From: Octopus sinensis
Lineage: Eukaryota
Length of the DNA stretch: 64,000 nucleotides
Assembly: GCF_006345805.1 (NCBI RefSeq)
Contig: NC_043007.1
Location: 62,001-126,000 of the forward strand
Direction of reading: 5' to 3'
Made by a program: the position numbers and the translations under genes. A model generated the notes under the pieces. It made no database searches and was not told where the DNA came from. It saw only the letters and a program-made list of their open reading frames with translations. Below are positions 1-13,092 of this stretch, piece by piece. Positions within the stretch are counted from its first letter, which is position 1. The number at the start of each line of letters is the position of its first letter.

Positions 1-227
1 AGCATTCTATGTTACAAATTGGAAAAATCTTATATATCATTGTTTTATATCTTTTAGCTCTTTCAGTCATTAGACTGGGGCACCGCCTTGAATGATTTTA
101 GTCGAAAGCATTTTCTTCTGAAAACCAGGTCCTTATTTCATCGGTGTCTTTTTGCTGTGTTTTTACACCTTCCAAATCCACTCACAGTGCTTTCATGGCA
201 TTTATTGATGATATCAATAGGAAAAGT

Positions 228-517
228 GTGGAGGCGCAATGGCCCAGTGGTTAAGGCAGCGGAGTCGCGGTTTCGATTCCTAGACATGTCGTTGTGAGTG
301 TTTATTGAGCGAAAACACCTAAAGCTCCACGAGGCTCCCGCAGGAGGTGGTGGCGATCCCTGCTGTACTCTTTCGCCACAACTTTCTCTCACTCCTTCTT
401 CTGTTGGCCTGCTCGCTTAGCCAGCGGGGTGGCGTCATTTGGAGGCTAAAACAATGCGAAGCACATTGTGACCAGCGATGTGTAGCAACATCTGATAGCC
501 TGGTCGGTCACAGTGAT
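228..517 (+). mobile_element. tRNA-derived SINE, family C
   Basis: Head GTGGAGGCGCAATGGCCCAGTGGTTAAGGCAG...GGTTTCGATTCC has A/B-box-like motifs; the same head recurs at 21318 (+) and 35023 (-). Confidence 0.8.
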
Positions 518-619
518 GAATAGGAAAAGTAGACGTGGATAATTTTCGAACGAATTAAATCCAGACAACTAACAAAACCCGTTTATTCCGAGACAGGAGA
601 CACATCCCAAGTTCTTATA

Positions 620-1250
620 GAATCAGCGGTGTTCGTAGTTTGCGTAAACTATGCATCCTAGAAGCAATATCTGTCCATGCAACAACACTTGATTCATTAA
701 TTTTGTTATTCCTGTGCTGAGGAATGATTATTTCCTGTAAATTTTACCACATTCTCCAAGAGCATCGGTATAAAAGTAAGAATGTTCCATGGTTTTTCCC
801 CCCTCTTCATTTACGCTTATAAATTCTTCTTGATGTTCTTCTGGTCCACTTCTCAGATAATTTGTTCCATTTTTGATGCTAACTTGAATCACTGAATGAA
901 GAGTGGATTTCCTAGTTTTTCTTCCTGTCCTCAATTCAAAAACATAAATAGTTCTTTTTTGTTTTTATCTTAAAGAGGTCTAAATTTGAATTAAATATCG
1001 AAGACTGCAAAATGTACACGTGATGACAAATATTACTCCAAGTTTTGGCGCCATTCAAATATTAATGCTTTCCCTAAAATATTTACAAATTCATCGCCGT
1101 TTTGCAATAACCCTATCCGTATTGAAGCATTTTTAAAATTCAAAAAGTTATTCTTGAACGGTTCTTAATACCACGCAGATTCTTGTTCCGGAAATTTGAA
1201 ACAGCAATAGGCAGAGATGAAATTTTTCAACATATTTCGGGTTCACCTTA
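620..1250 (-). pseudogene. Degraded Helitron Rep/helicase (PIF1-like) fragment
   Basis: Minus-strand translation across frameshifts gives, in the expected order, VNPKYVEKFHLCLLL, IGLLQNGDEF, FYTDALGECGKIY (degenerate Walker A, cf. FxDAPGGTGKTF) and VAWTDIAS (cf. VAWTGIAA). Confidence 0.65.
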
Positions 1251-1684
1251 ATTGAATCCACCTTAATTGCAAATCAAATACTCCACAATAATAGCATAGT
1301 TACCCAGGTATGAAAATGTCTCCTACTATTTCATATTAGAAAAAGTTTTGGAATAATCGATATTCACTGCGGAGAACCATAAGAGAATAAAGTAGGGGAT
1401 GTACATACCATGGCAGAGAGAACATCCTTTTCGCATTTCTTATTTCTTCGATATAATGTAATATTTCTATTCTCATAGGAAGCTCTGTTTTGACCAATAT
1501 TGAGAGCAGTAATTTAATTATACGTTATAAAACTGTACTGCCTAATCTTTGGACCTCGTCTGAAATGAAATTTTACATTGGGAATAAGAAAAATGTCTGA
1601 GATTGCACCTGCTTCTACTAACTCTACCAAACGACTTTTTTTTGTCTATGTATCTGAACATTTAGAGTGCAATAATGCTTGCTT

Positions 1685-2242
1685 TGAAAGATATCATGCC
1701 GATTTATTGTAGCTTACATTTCGACTTATTTTAGAACATGGTTGAGTCCATAAAATAGGATTTGACTACACCTCCATTTAGAGCACAGTTTAAGCTATCT
1801 TTTCGAGGAAGAAGGTTTACGTTCCTATAACCTGTGTTAATTCTGTAACCCTTTAAAATGGAAGAAAAGAAAGTTCATTTTCAGCACTTGATGCTTTGGG
1901 AACCAGACAAAAATTGCTGCAGCTCGGCTGGGATGTGTTACCCCACCCTCCATATTCACCAGACATTGCTCCTTTGGATTTCCACTTATTCAGGCCTCTG
2001 CAGAATAGTCTTAATGGTAACAATTTCAATTCCTTGGACGACGAAAAAGATACCTTAATGAATTATTTGCCATGAAACGACCTCAATTCTGGGAAGAGGG
2101 TATTTTCAAGCTAAAGGAAAGATGGAGACGCCTTATACAACAAAATGGTTCATATTTGGTTGATTAAAAATGTAATGGCAAGTATTTATTGACCTTTTTC
2201 TTTCCTTTAAAAATCGGCAGGAACTTTCCGGACAACCCAATA
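1685..2242 (+). mobile_element. Internally deleted mariner derivative (same family as 23900-25159)
   Basis: 5' UTR and MEEKKVHFQHLML join directly to the HPPYSPD-containing C-terminal region. 3' TIR ...GAACTTTCCGGACAACCCAA followed by TA ends at 2242; the 5' TIR is eroded. Confidence 0.9.
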
Positions 2243-2466
2243 TTTCGTGACCTTCCTTCTGTTGTATATAATAGCGGTTTTATTTTTGTTTATCATTGTA
2301 GCTGACCACACTTCGGGCTAAATTTAGAAGTTATATAGTAAGTTTCTCTCTGTGCTATGAAGCTGTTTGTTCTTGTCCTTAAAGTGTACGTCATATTGCT
2401 CTAAATAAAGGCACAACTCTAGGTCCTACATTATGAAGAAAAGGCACAACTAAGGACTAAAAGAAA

Positions 2467-2740
2467 TATATTTTATTGTTGTGTCTGGGGAGAGTAATCT
2501 TCTTTTCAATAGTCTTGGAACCTTTTCAATAGTCAAGACTATTGAAAAGATTGCAAGACGCAACGAAAATTTTAGGAAAATAAAAATAAGAAGTAAGTGG
2601 AAATTTTACCTGTGAGTGTGTTAAATTATAAGACACAAAAAGAAAATGACTCTCCCCAGACACAACAGAATATGCTTCAACACACGAACTCACATAAAGA
2701 ATCTTGAAAACCAAATCCAAAAACGAAATATATTTTAGTT
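2467..2740. repeat. Asymmetric fold-back repeat
   Basis: TGTTGTGTCTGGGGAGAGT at ~2477 is inverted at ~2647-2667; a perfect central 13-bp inverted repeat CTTTTCAATAGTC-AA-GACTATTGAAAAG lies at 2522-2549. Confidence 0.7.
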
Positions 2741-3089
2741 CAATAAAATTATTACATACTGGTTACCTTCATATCTCAACCAAAATAAGCAATGCTAACT
2801 ATATTAACCAATAATCTTACGGACAACGCCATCGCTTTAACATCGTTACTACTGTTCATAGTACACCGCATGTATATGTGTGCCTATCTGTTGTGTGTGA
2901 GTGTGTATGCGTGTGTATATATGTGTGTGTTTGCGTGTATATACGTGTTCGTGTAGTTTTCTGTATTTCTTCTTTCTATAACGTTACGTCTTCCCACGAT
3001 TAGACAGTCCACCCTCCCTTCCATTGTGTGCCACTTCATTCAATATAACACGTCGCTCTTCGAATGAAAGCCTACTGTAAACCTTTCAC

Positions 3090-3530
3090 ATGAAAATGTA
3101 TGTGTCTATTAGTCTACACACCTGTCTGTGTATCTGTCTGTCTGTCTTCGTTTACGTGTACGAGCTAGATTCGAATATTAGATGAGGAATTTCGTGTTTT
3201 CTCGTTGCTTGTAACAATGCAATTAACAATGAAAAAATAAGAATCAAAGGAAAAAAATTTAAAATTTGTGAAATAAGAAATGAAAAAAAAACAAAAGTGA
3301 AAAAAATTACAAAATGATAATAATGTGAGTTGTGATAATAATTAACGAAGGAGTTGGAAAAATACTGCGAAGATTGACGAGGTTTGTATGAGGAGCGGAG
3401 TCTGGTGCAAGAAAGAGGAAGGCATTGATTTTGAAGATAAAGAGGGAAATGAGAATGGAAATAGAAATAAAATGAAAAAGCAAGAATAAATAAAATAATG
3501 AATAATGAAAAATAGTGAAAAATAATCAAG
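3090..3530 (+). repeat. Diverged dispersed repeat, copy 1 (copy 2 at ~5365-5790)
   Basis: Colinear matches: CACATGAAAATGTATGT, TGTGTACGAG...GAATATTAGA, TGCTTGTAACAA...AATTAACA, GAGGTTTGTATGA. Confidence 0.65.
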
Positions 3531-3693
3531 AAATATGGCTAAAAAACGATATATATCTTAAATTATATCTTAAAAAGATATAGAAAAACAATGAATAGTA
3601 GATACCTATATATATATATCCTCGAAGTGAAATATATATTTATATAATTATGTATGTATGTATATATATATGCATATATATGTATGTATATAT

Positions 3694-3739
<46 letters not shown>

Positions 3740-3745
3740 CACACA

Positions 3746-3781
<36 letters not shown>

Positions 3782-3796
3782 ATCTATCTATCTATC

Positions 3797-3827
<31 letters not shown>

Positions 3828-4549
3828 GTTTGTATGCATGTGTAAATAAATAACTAAATACACACATATATATATATAATATATATATAATATATATATA
3901 TATATATTATATATATATATAATGAACTTCCTTTCGTAGTACGTAAAAGAAACTTTCTGATCGACTATTTTATATAACTGACCAAAGTTACATTTTTTGT
4001 GGTAACAGTAAAAATCGTATGGTAAGCTTCTTGTGATTTCAAACACTAAATATTTAGTTCTTAATCTATATTTCATCTCGCTGTAAATATAGGCAAAATT
4101 GTAGATATCAATAAATCGTGAGATGCACGGAGAACAGCGAAAATCATATGAGTAGGTCTTATAGTTTTATCTAAAGACAGATATAGCTTTTAATCTTCGA
4201 ATGTAGAAAGCTCGATTCTTCATCATTTCCACCGAAATCTCTCGACTTTTCTTCGGTACTAATATAGTGAGGAAGTTAAACGTCTCCGTTGTGGTAGTAA
4301 CCCAGAGATTCATTCATAAATCTAAAAACTTAATGAATACACAGAATATTGCGTCTCCAATGTTGTAAGTTTGTATTTATGATTCGAGTTTCCTTGAATT
4401 TCTCTTATTTTCTGATCTCTTTCGCTCTTGTAAATTCTCAAAGATGTTCCTTTTCATTCATATTTTCTCTTCTTTTCTGTTGTCGATCCTGTTTGGGGGA
4501 TCAAGTGATTAATCCCTTTGACCATGTCCTACTATTTCCTTACTTAGGG

Positions 4550-4810
4550 GGAGAGTTCACGAAAAAAAAAAGACGAAGACAGGTGGTGTAGAAAACAAAC
4601 AGATGTATTAGTATAACGCTCAGGAATTGAAAAAGTCTTTTACGTTTTGAGCCTACGCTCTTCTACAGAAAGGGACACAGAAAAAACCAAGGAGAGAAAC
4701 AAGGAGAGAAAAAAGAATGTGTGTAGTGGCTACCGATCTATCATGGCGACTGCCAGACAGAAGGGTCACACAGGAGAGCGAAGAAGTAGGGGAGATAACA
4801 AGGTAAAGAT
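4550..4810 (-). mobile_element. Short dispersed element, family F (hammerhead-like motif, probable Penelope-type non-autonomous element)
   Basis: AAGACGAAGACAGG...AACGCTCAGGAA...CTTTTACGTTT(C/T)GAGCCTACGCTCTTCTACAGAAAGG; homologous copies at ~9960, ~23668, ~61660 and ~63645. Confidence 0.7.
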
Positions 4811-5215
4811 GACCCCCAAAACGAAGGTGCGTGCGTGTATAAGAGAGTACGTATGTGCGTGTGAAAGAGGGCTGGTGGTCTGGACGTGTGCGTGTGTGTA
4901 TGTGTAGGTTTGAAAATGTGGGAATGGGAATTTTAATTAATTAGGTCCTATGTCTCTGTACATCTGTTACTAGTCCCCAAAAAATTTTAAACGTTTAATC
5001 CTCATTGACAAATAGACGACAATTAATTGCACTCAACACATGCGTCAAATGATTGATGATTATAACAAAGTAAATTTTAGTTTAACAAAAAAAGCACATT
5101 CTTCACACTTTCCTATAAACTACTAACACGATAAACACCGCGACGTTCATTAACCAAAACCTTAATTTATATATCCGCCATTTTAACATTAGATTACAAC
5201 AGTTCTCAATATACG

Positions 5216-5249
<34 letters not shown>

Positions 5250-5364
5250 TCATAGCCCAGTTTCACTTCCTTTATTTCTCCTTTAGTGATCTTTTCTACT
5301 TCATCCTACTAAACACTCGTCCAGTTTCCTTCAAGTGCCACTTCGCGCATCTTTATTCATCAAA

Positions 5365-5790
5365 TACACATGAAAATGTATGTATTTTAATCTGTACATC
5401 TGTGTGTATAATTTCTGTCCAATTTTTTTCTGTGTACGAGTTGGAATTGAATATTAGAAGACGAATTTCATGTTTGGTCGATGCTTGTAACAAAGTAATT
5501 AACATTGAAAAACAAGAATTAATGAAGAAAAATTGAAAAAAAAGTTATTAATTCAGAAATTTAGAAATTAAAAAAGAAGACATCAATAATAATATAAAAA
5601 TCATAAAATAATCAACGAAGATGCTGGAAACATATCATGTATATTGAAGAGGTTTGTATGATGGTGGGGGGGGGGGTGTAAAGAAAAAAGGAGAGAGAAA
5701 TGATTTTAAAGATAAATGTGGAAATGAGAGCGAAAATAATATAACAATCAAATAAAACAAGATAAACTTAATGAAGATACTCAAATTTAA
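5365..5790 (+). repeat. Diverged dispersed repeat, copy 2
   Basis: Colinear similarity to 3090-3530. Confidence 0.65.
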
Positions 5791-5804
5791 ATAAACCATA
5801 TAGA

Positions 5805-5997
<193 letters not shown>

Positions 5998-6019
5998 CTG
6001 TTGTGGCTCCCTTGAACTA

Positions 6020-6150
6020 TTTATCTGTAAGCCTAGTACTTATGCTATCGGTTTCTGTTGCCGAACCGCTAAGTAACGGGGACATAAACACACCAGCATC
6101 GGTTGTCAAGCGATGTTGGGGGGACAAATACAGAAACACAAACACACACA

Positions 6151-6188
<38 letters not shown>

Positions 6189-6344
6189 TACGACGAGCTT
6201 CTTTCAGTTTCCGTCTACCAAATCCACTCACAAGGCTTTGGCCGGCCCGAGGCTTTAGTAGGAGACACTCGGCCAAGGTGCCACGCAGTGGGACTGAACC
6301 CGGAACCATGTGGTTGGTAAACAAGCTACTTACCAAATAGCCAC
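6020..6344 (-). mobile_element. tRNA-derived SINE, family A
   Basis: Minus-strand head GTGGCT...GGTAAGTAGCTTG...GGTTCCGGGTTCAGTCCCACTGCGTGGCACCTTGG with an internal CA/TA tract; at least 7 copies in the window. Confidence 0.85.
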
Positions 6345-6559
6345 AATTTTTTTGAAATTGGTGTATCCCAGGCAAATGCTTCTACAGCAAGCCTAGTAAG
6401 TTTCTTTGCAATGTTGGAAACAGCATTGGAATGAAAATAACGAAACGGATGCTGTTGCAAGGTATTTCCTCTAGCAGCATTTTTAGAAATCCGTCTACTT
6501 TATGTTCTTAACATTCAAGAATCCGTATGGTAGTGATGTTGTTAGATGGCTTATTTCAA

Positions 6560-7000
6560 CATAAGATATTTTTCGAGGAAATTTTGCGGGGAAAGTATTA
6601 CGCTGTATTTAGATTTAAAATGAAATCTAGAAAAAGAACGAGATTAATCTTAGTATTGACTGCTATTTTTAGGTTGAATTCTTTAAAGGATTTTATTAAA
6701 TCTTTTGCAAATCTTTCAAAAGGGATACATATGAAAGATGTGAGAAAATTATGAAATTTATATACAGGCCAAAATCTAAATAAAGGAAGTTTTTCTGCAA
6801 TAGGTCTCACTTGATAAGACTCTGCACAATTCATAGCTACATATGAAAGCTAATCGCCAATGCTTTTGACCCCAAAAAGAATCGCGCTTCAATATAATTT
6901 TAATATCAGTAGCATAAATACCAGAGATTGTGCTGCCAAACGTAAAAGCTTTTACGGATAAAGGGTTTCTGATGAAGATATAGAAATGCACTATATTGGG
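6560..7000 (-). pseudogene. Degraded Penelope-like element reverse transcriptase fragment
   Basis: Minus-strand frames give [26 protein letters not shown] (cf. SYDGAE), FGLY (cf. GLYRDDG, catalytic DD lost) and KDLIKSFKEFNLKIAVNTKINLVLFLDFILNLNT (cf. KIFKxxGLKITIxxNxKxVxFLDVTLNL), in RT order. Confidence 0.7.
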
Positions 7001-7102
7001 CTGCTGACTGTAAATCTGAGTGCACGCGCGTATATATATGTATGTATAAGTATGTGTGTGTATCTGTGTGTGTATTAATGTAATTATGTATGTATATATA
7101 TA

Positions 7103-7151
<49 letters not shown>

Positions 7152-7225
7152 CAAATGTATATATGTATACATGTATACATGTATATGCGTATACATATAT
7201 AAGCATATATTTATACATATATGTA

Positions 7226-7263
<38 letters not shown>

Positions 7264-8807
7264 AATATACATATATATAGAGAGAGGGATTCATTATATA
7301 TATATATATGTATATATATAGAGAGAGATTCACTATATATATATATATGTGTGTGTGTGGTGTGTGTGTGTGTATATATGTATACACATAAATACGTGCA
7401 GCTTGGGTGGGGATGGTTTAGTTCATGGAGAGTTGTAGCTTGAACGTTCACGAACTCACAGATTCACATGCGCAAGCAAAAGCAAAATGAGAAAACAAGA
7501 GTGGTGGAAAGAGAGAGGGAGAGAGAGAGAGAGAAAGGGAGAGAGACAGAGAAAGTGAAAGAGACGTGAGGGAATGTACTTATAGTTAATGTGTGAACGT
7601 GTGTATATTTCTGCATATCTGGTTGTATACATAGGCATTTCCGCATTGGCGTATTGATTCCTGTATTTTCGATAATCCTAGATTCGTTTACAGTATTTTT
7701 ACCAAAGATTACTCAAAACTGAATCCTTATTAATTCATTCAATTCGGAAGAAAAAAAATACATAAAGAACTATAAAATATAATAATAAAATAGAATAAAC
7801 ATTTTTCAAAGATTATAGTTGGTATTTGATATTAGATTTTTCGTTTTGAAAAGAAAATATCATTTCTGATATTAGAGCTGTCAAAGAAGCAAAGTTTGCG
7901 ACCTCGTCCTTTTAATCTGCCATCACAGAATATAGCGACTTCCTTCAGTTGAAAGCAAGCGGTCGGAATGTGTATTCTCTTTTTCCCTCTTTTTCTTTCC
8001 TTCCTCTGTTTCGTTTTTTTTTTTATATAATCTTTGACGAACGATTCCAATGTTATGACGTCAATGAGTAGTTGAAACAAATGCAGTGTGACACGCTCTG
8101 CCAGCCTGACAACATTTTCAATTTCTCGGCTAAACTCTAGCGGATATTTTCTTATTTCTTTCTTTTTTGTACCTTTAGATCTGATTCACCATAATGAAGT
8201 AGCATCATTGAAAGTACTTTCTATGACAATAAATTAGAATTAGAATTACGTTAATTTTATTTGTTCCATTTTCTTAAAGGCATATAAGAATTACGCCAAT
8301 TAAATTTACTTTATATGGAAGATATAGAAACCAGGGGAAAAATATTTCCTAATCGAAACTTATCTTCTTTATTAGAGAATTACATTAACTTCCGTTCTTT
8401 AATAAATGATGATGAGAGTTGAAGAAAATTATAAGATTAGCCGTTGGTCGTATTAATATTATATATTTTTTCTTAGTAAAGTGAAAATCAGACATAGCTA
8501 AAAGGATTCCATATTTTCGCATATTTAACTCTTATCTTGGAAAGCAACACACTTCGTTTTATATGGTAGCTTTTTCTTTTCAATCATAATTTCTATGCAT
8601 GTACGTAGGTTTGTCTGTCTGTATATATGTATGTATGTATTTTCAACAATAATATCTATGTGTGTACGTACGACCTACTTATGTATGTACGTATGTATGT
8701 ACGTATGTATGTACGTATGTATGTATGTGTGTATGTATGTATGTATGTATGTATGTGTCCATGTAAGCATGCATACATGATGTAAGTATAATTGTATGTA
8801 CATATGC

Positions 8808-9133
<326 letters not shown>

Positions 9134-9533
9134 CACACGCATGCACACACACACATCATGCATATGTATGTATATATTTGTACACACATGCATATATATG
9201 GTTCCTTTTATTGTGGTGTGTCTTATATACCGAAACCAGATATTGTCAAAATCCTGTTAAATTATAAAGCAGCATTATGGAGCATGTATAATACATTATA
9301 TGGTCTAGGCCTCGCTTTTACAAGAATCACTTGCGTTTGCACACGACTACTTTTACCTTCCTCCTAAGATTATATAACTAGGCTTTTCAATCTGTAGCGG
9401 TGGTTCAAACAACAGCTCCACCTGCCTGATCGTAAGTTGTTGTCACAAACCGACAATATCTGAACAGACTAGCATCACGTCTTTGCAAATATGATTTCCA
9501 GAACTATACACGTGACGGACAGCTCATGCAGAC

Positions 9534-9607
9534 GATCACACTGATGAGTTGCGGACAGTTACTTAAATGATTACCTGAGTGATAACAACGAAACCGGGTT
9601 TGTGATT
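9534..9607 (+). ncRNA. Type I hammerhead ribozyme motif with intact core
   Basis: Stem I GATCACA(9534-40)/TGTGATT(9601-07), CTGATGA(9541-47), stem II GTTG/CAAC, GAAA(9590-93), minimal stem III AC-CGG-GT, triplet GUU with predicted cleavage after 9600. Confidence 0.7.
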
Positions 9608-9871
9608 AATCTATATTTTGTATCTTTTCACTTGTCTTCCTCGCTCAGATTCTGGCGTTTGCTAAATTTTTTTGAGAACATTCCTTTCTTAGTGGTAAGA
9701 CCATAGCGGATCTTCTTCTAGCATAATGGATGTCCACTCGCAGGTCATCCTTCTTATATGTATGCACTATAATCTTTCTGAAACTTCAGATTTTTCAGTA
9801 TGCTAGATCACTGGTTTTAAATTGATATTAATGAAATTCATATTCAATTTTCAGCCTTATTATTTTAAGTG

Positions 9872-9959
<88 letters not shown>

Positions 9960-9961
<2 letters not shown>

Positions 9962-10205
9962 AAAGTTTACGTAAAACCAAAAGACGAAGACAGGTGGTGT
10001 ACAAAACAAACAGATGTATTAGCATAACGTTCAGGAATAGAAAAAGTCTTTTACGTTTCGAGCCTACGTTCTTCTACAGAAAGGGACAAAGACAAAACAA
10101 GGAGAGAAAAAAATGTGTGTAGTGGCTAACGATCTATCATGGCGACTACCAGACAGAAGGGTCACACACGAGAGGGAAGAAGTAGGAGAGATAATAAAAG
10201 AAACT
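9960..10205 (-). mobile_element. Family F copy abutting a (TA)n array
   Basis: High similarity to 4550-4810. Confidence 0.75.
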
Positions 10206-10619
10206 ATTCTACATTTTATGTTCTACATTGTATATTTTAATAACTACTGGTATTTTTATATATGTAAAGCAAAATATGTTAAACATGTATGTATATTATT
10301 ATAATTGTTTTTTAAAAATAATATAGACATAATGTCTAAATGTTGATGAATACAACCTCTTCATCCCCTCTATTTTCTTATTGCCTAATACCCTTATGCA
10401 TTATTACATTCAGTAGTGTGATTGCCCCGCAATAAATGCTTGTGTATTAATAATTGGGTATTTTCTACGACCAGTATATTGGACAGATGCTATCTCTTAG
10501 TTGGTTGGATTCACAACCTCTAATTTTCTTGGAATTATATATATATATAAATATATATATTCATACATGCATACACATAAATACATATGTAGATATGTGA
10601 GTAAATATATATATATATG

Positions 10620-10662
<43 letters not shown>

Positions 10663-11346
10663 TCCACTTACCTGCATACGTACTCATGAATTCACATAGT
10701 ACACGTATATAAGCATACACCCGCACTCACAAAATACATGCTGCACATACGCACACAACACTCTCACACCTACACACACCTACACACACATACACATACA
10801 CACAAACTCTCTCTCTCTCTCTCTCACACACACAACCACACACACTCATTATTACGGCCATTATTCATTCCTGCATTATATAATTAATGGTTGTGTTATT
10901 AGCACCGAAATCTTTAATTATAATTAACGATATTGCAATTAGTATCAAGCTTAGTCATTTGTGCCTGTGTGTGTGTGTGTGTGTGTGTGTATTTATCTGT
11001 GTGGTTGTTTCTGTTGGTTAACCTTAATGCGACGTTATTCTAGCTAATATTATGATTAATTTCACCCGAGACCCTAAATACCCTGTTTAGTTACAAACAT
11101 CCAGAACCAGTTTATGTAATGTGTCCTTCATTATATAAGACTGCATGGTGTAAGATCAGAGAGGTTTCGCTATTATTTCTGTGAAGAGAAACCCCGCTAG
11201 TGACTAACTTCTGTACTAGATCGTACCTGTTTGGTGAGGGTTAGGGTTAAGGTTAGGGTATATGTGTATATTTGGGGATTTTAATCCGTGGCACGTATGG
11301 GCGAATGTGTATGTGTGTGTGTGTGTGTCTGATAGTAGTAATAGTA

Positions 11347-11495
11347 TATTCTACTCTAGGCCCAAGGCGCGAAGTTTTTGGGAAGGGGGAAGTAGATGGA
11401 TCGATCCCAGTACGCAATTTATCGACCCCAAAAGGATGGAAGGCAAAGTCGATCTCGGCCGAGTTTGAACTCAGAACATGAAGACGGATGAAATA
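11347..11495 (-). mobile_element. SINE family B (Meta-domain-like), 5'-truncated, tail type B1
   Basis: Reverse complement of GTTCAAA..GCCGAG.TCGACTTTGCCTTCCATCCTTTTGGGGTCGATAAA. Confidence 0.7.
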
Positions 11496-12636
11496 TGATA
11501 GTAATAATAATGTTAGTGTAATTGTTTTTCTTCAACCCTAGGCTACATCTGATCGAATAACCGTACACACAAAAGTAGTGTTTGGTAGGAACCCTGTGCA
11601 TATGCGTATGTATGTGTGTATACATTGATGGGATGTATGCATGCGTATATGTGTGTGGAGCTGTGTGTGCGTGTGGTGTTCATAACCTTTGAAATGGTAG
11701 TGTTCTTAGATTTTTATTTTTATTTTTCTTCTTAAATCACTCCTAATCCGATCACGCAACATCATAATCAAAGTGGTATTTGATAGCGACGGGAAATATA
11801 GAGGTATCTCTCTGTGGGCTTGTGTTTGTTTTTGTGTTTGTTCTTTCTTTTTTATGAGAGTTTGAAGCGTTGTTTATTCACTTATTAATTATTTTGTTTC
11901 ATTCAGCTTTGTTGTCAAAATCGGCTTTGTTTAGCCATTATTGTTGGAAGTGGTTAAGTTTGTATGTTGAAATTGTCTTAATATACCTGTCACTCTATCA
12001 AGTGGACGGCCATTTCAGAGAAGTTAGATTTATAGCCATTGACGCTGTAGGCTTTCATCTTATCTTCACATTTCTCTATCCTTTTGTTTTCTTCATATTA
12101 AATTTTCATCGTTCTTTTTTTCTTTTTTGCCCTTTTTGTCATATTTCTTTAGTTTCATATTGGGTCAAGATGACTTAGTTTACCAACTCTTTCTCTCCAT
12201 CAAAAATGTCTGTGTGTGTATGTCCTCCTTGAATTTACAAGTCTTCGTTAAGTAAATAATTTGACAATACATGAATAGCATTGTCAACTGAACTTTCTAC
12301 TCACACTATGGAACAAGGAACTGACTTTTGAATTACCGGAACAATACATCGGATGCTTCTGTCTACATAATTTCATTTGCAGTACTCGAGTAAACACGAG
12401 TGCATGAGACAACATTAAGTTATAACGTGTTTAGTTGAATCGAACTCGAGAACTAGTGATTTAGAAGTAGATTTCGTAGTCATTCAGTCAAGCTTGAGTT
12501 ACACATACACAGACATAGACACACATATACATATTCGAACGTAAATACAAACAAGAGAACATACTCGCATACAATCATTGCTGACAGTTGCTTGGGCAAT
12601 GGTCATCGATGGTCTTCCTCGGATACGAGTAAATAT

Positions 12637-13048
12637 ATTCCTTTATTGCTCACAAGGGGCTAAACATAAAGGGGACAAACAAGGACAGACAAAGGGGTTA
12701 AGTGGATTACATCGACCCCAGTGCGAAACTGGTACTTTCTTTATCGACCCCGAAAAGATGAAAAGCAAAGTCAACCCCGGAAGAATTTGAACTCAGAACA
12801 TAACGTCAGACGAAATACCTATTTCTTTACTACCCACAAGGGGCTAAACACAGAAGAGACAAACAAGGACAGACAAACGGATTAAGTCGATTACATCGAC
12901 TCCAGTGCGTAACTGGTACTTAATTTATCGACGCCCAATGGATGAAAGGCAAAGTCGACCTCGGCGGAATTTGAACTCAGAACGTAACGGCAGGCGAAAT
13001 ACGGCTACGTATCTCCCCCAGCGTGCTAACGTTTCTGCCAGCTCGCCA
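12637..13048 (-). mobile_element. SINE family B, head plus two tandem body units (tail type B2)
   Basis: One tRNA-like head at ~13048 followed by two copies of the body and tail. Confidence 0.9.
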
Positions 13049-13092
13049 ACCATCATCTATGTACGGGTCTTACCCTTTGTCATTTTCAGCTG

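Noticed and set aside
228-300. tRNA-gene-like sequences at the SINE heads
   Set aside because: They have no complete cloverleaf or acceptor stem and continue into SINE bodies.
6969-6990. CTGATGA...GAAA matches here and at 15930; CTGATGA alone at 47344
   Set aside because: No stem I or II pairing, or no downstream GAAA; chance matches.
12637-13048. Repeated ~190-bp units that could look like a CRISPR or satellite array
   Set aside because: Identical bodies rather than unique spacers; they are SINE units in eukaryotic DNA.
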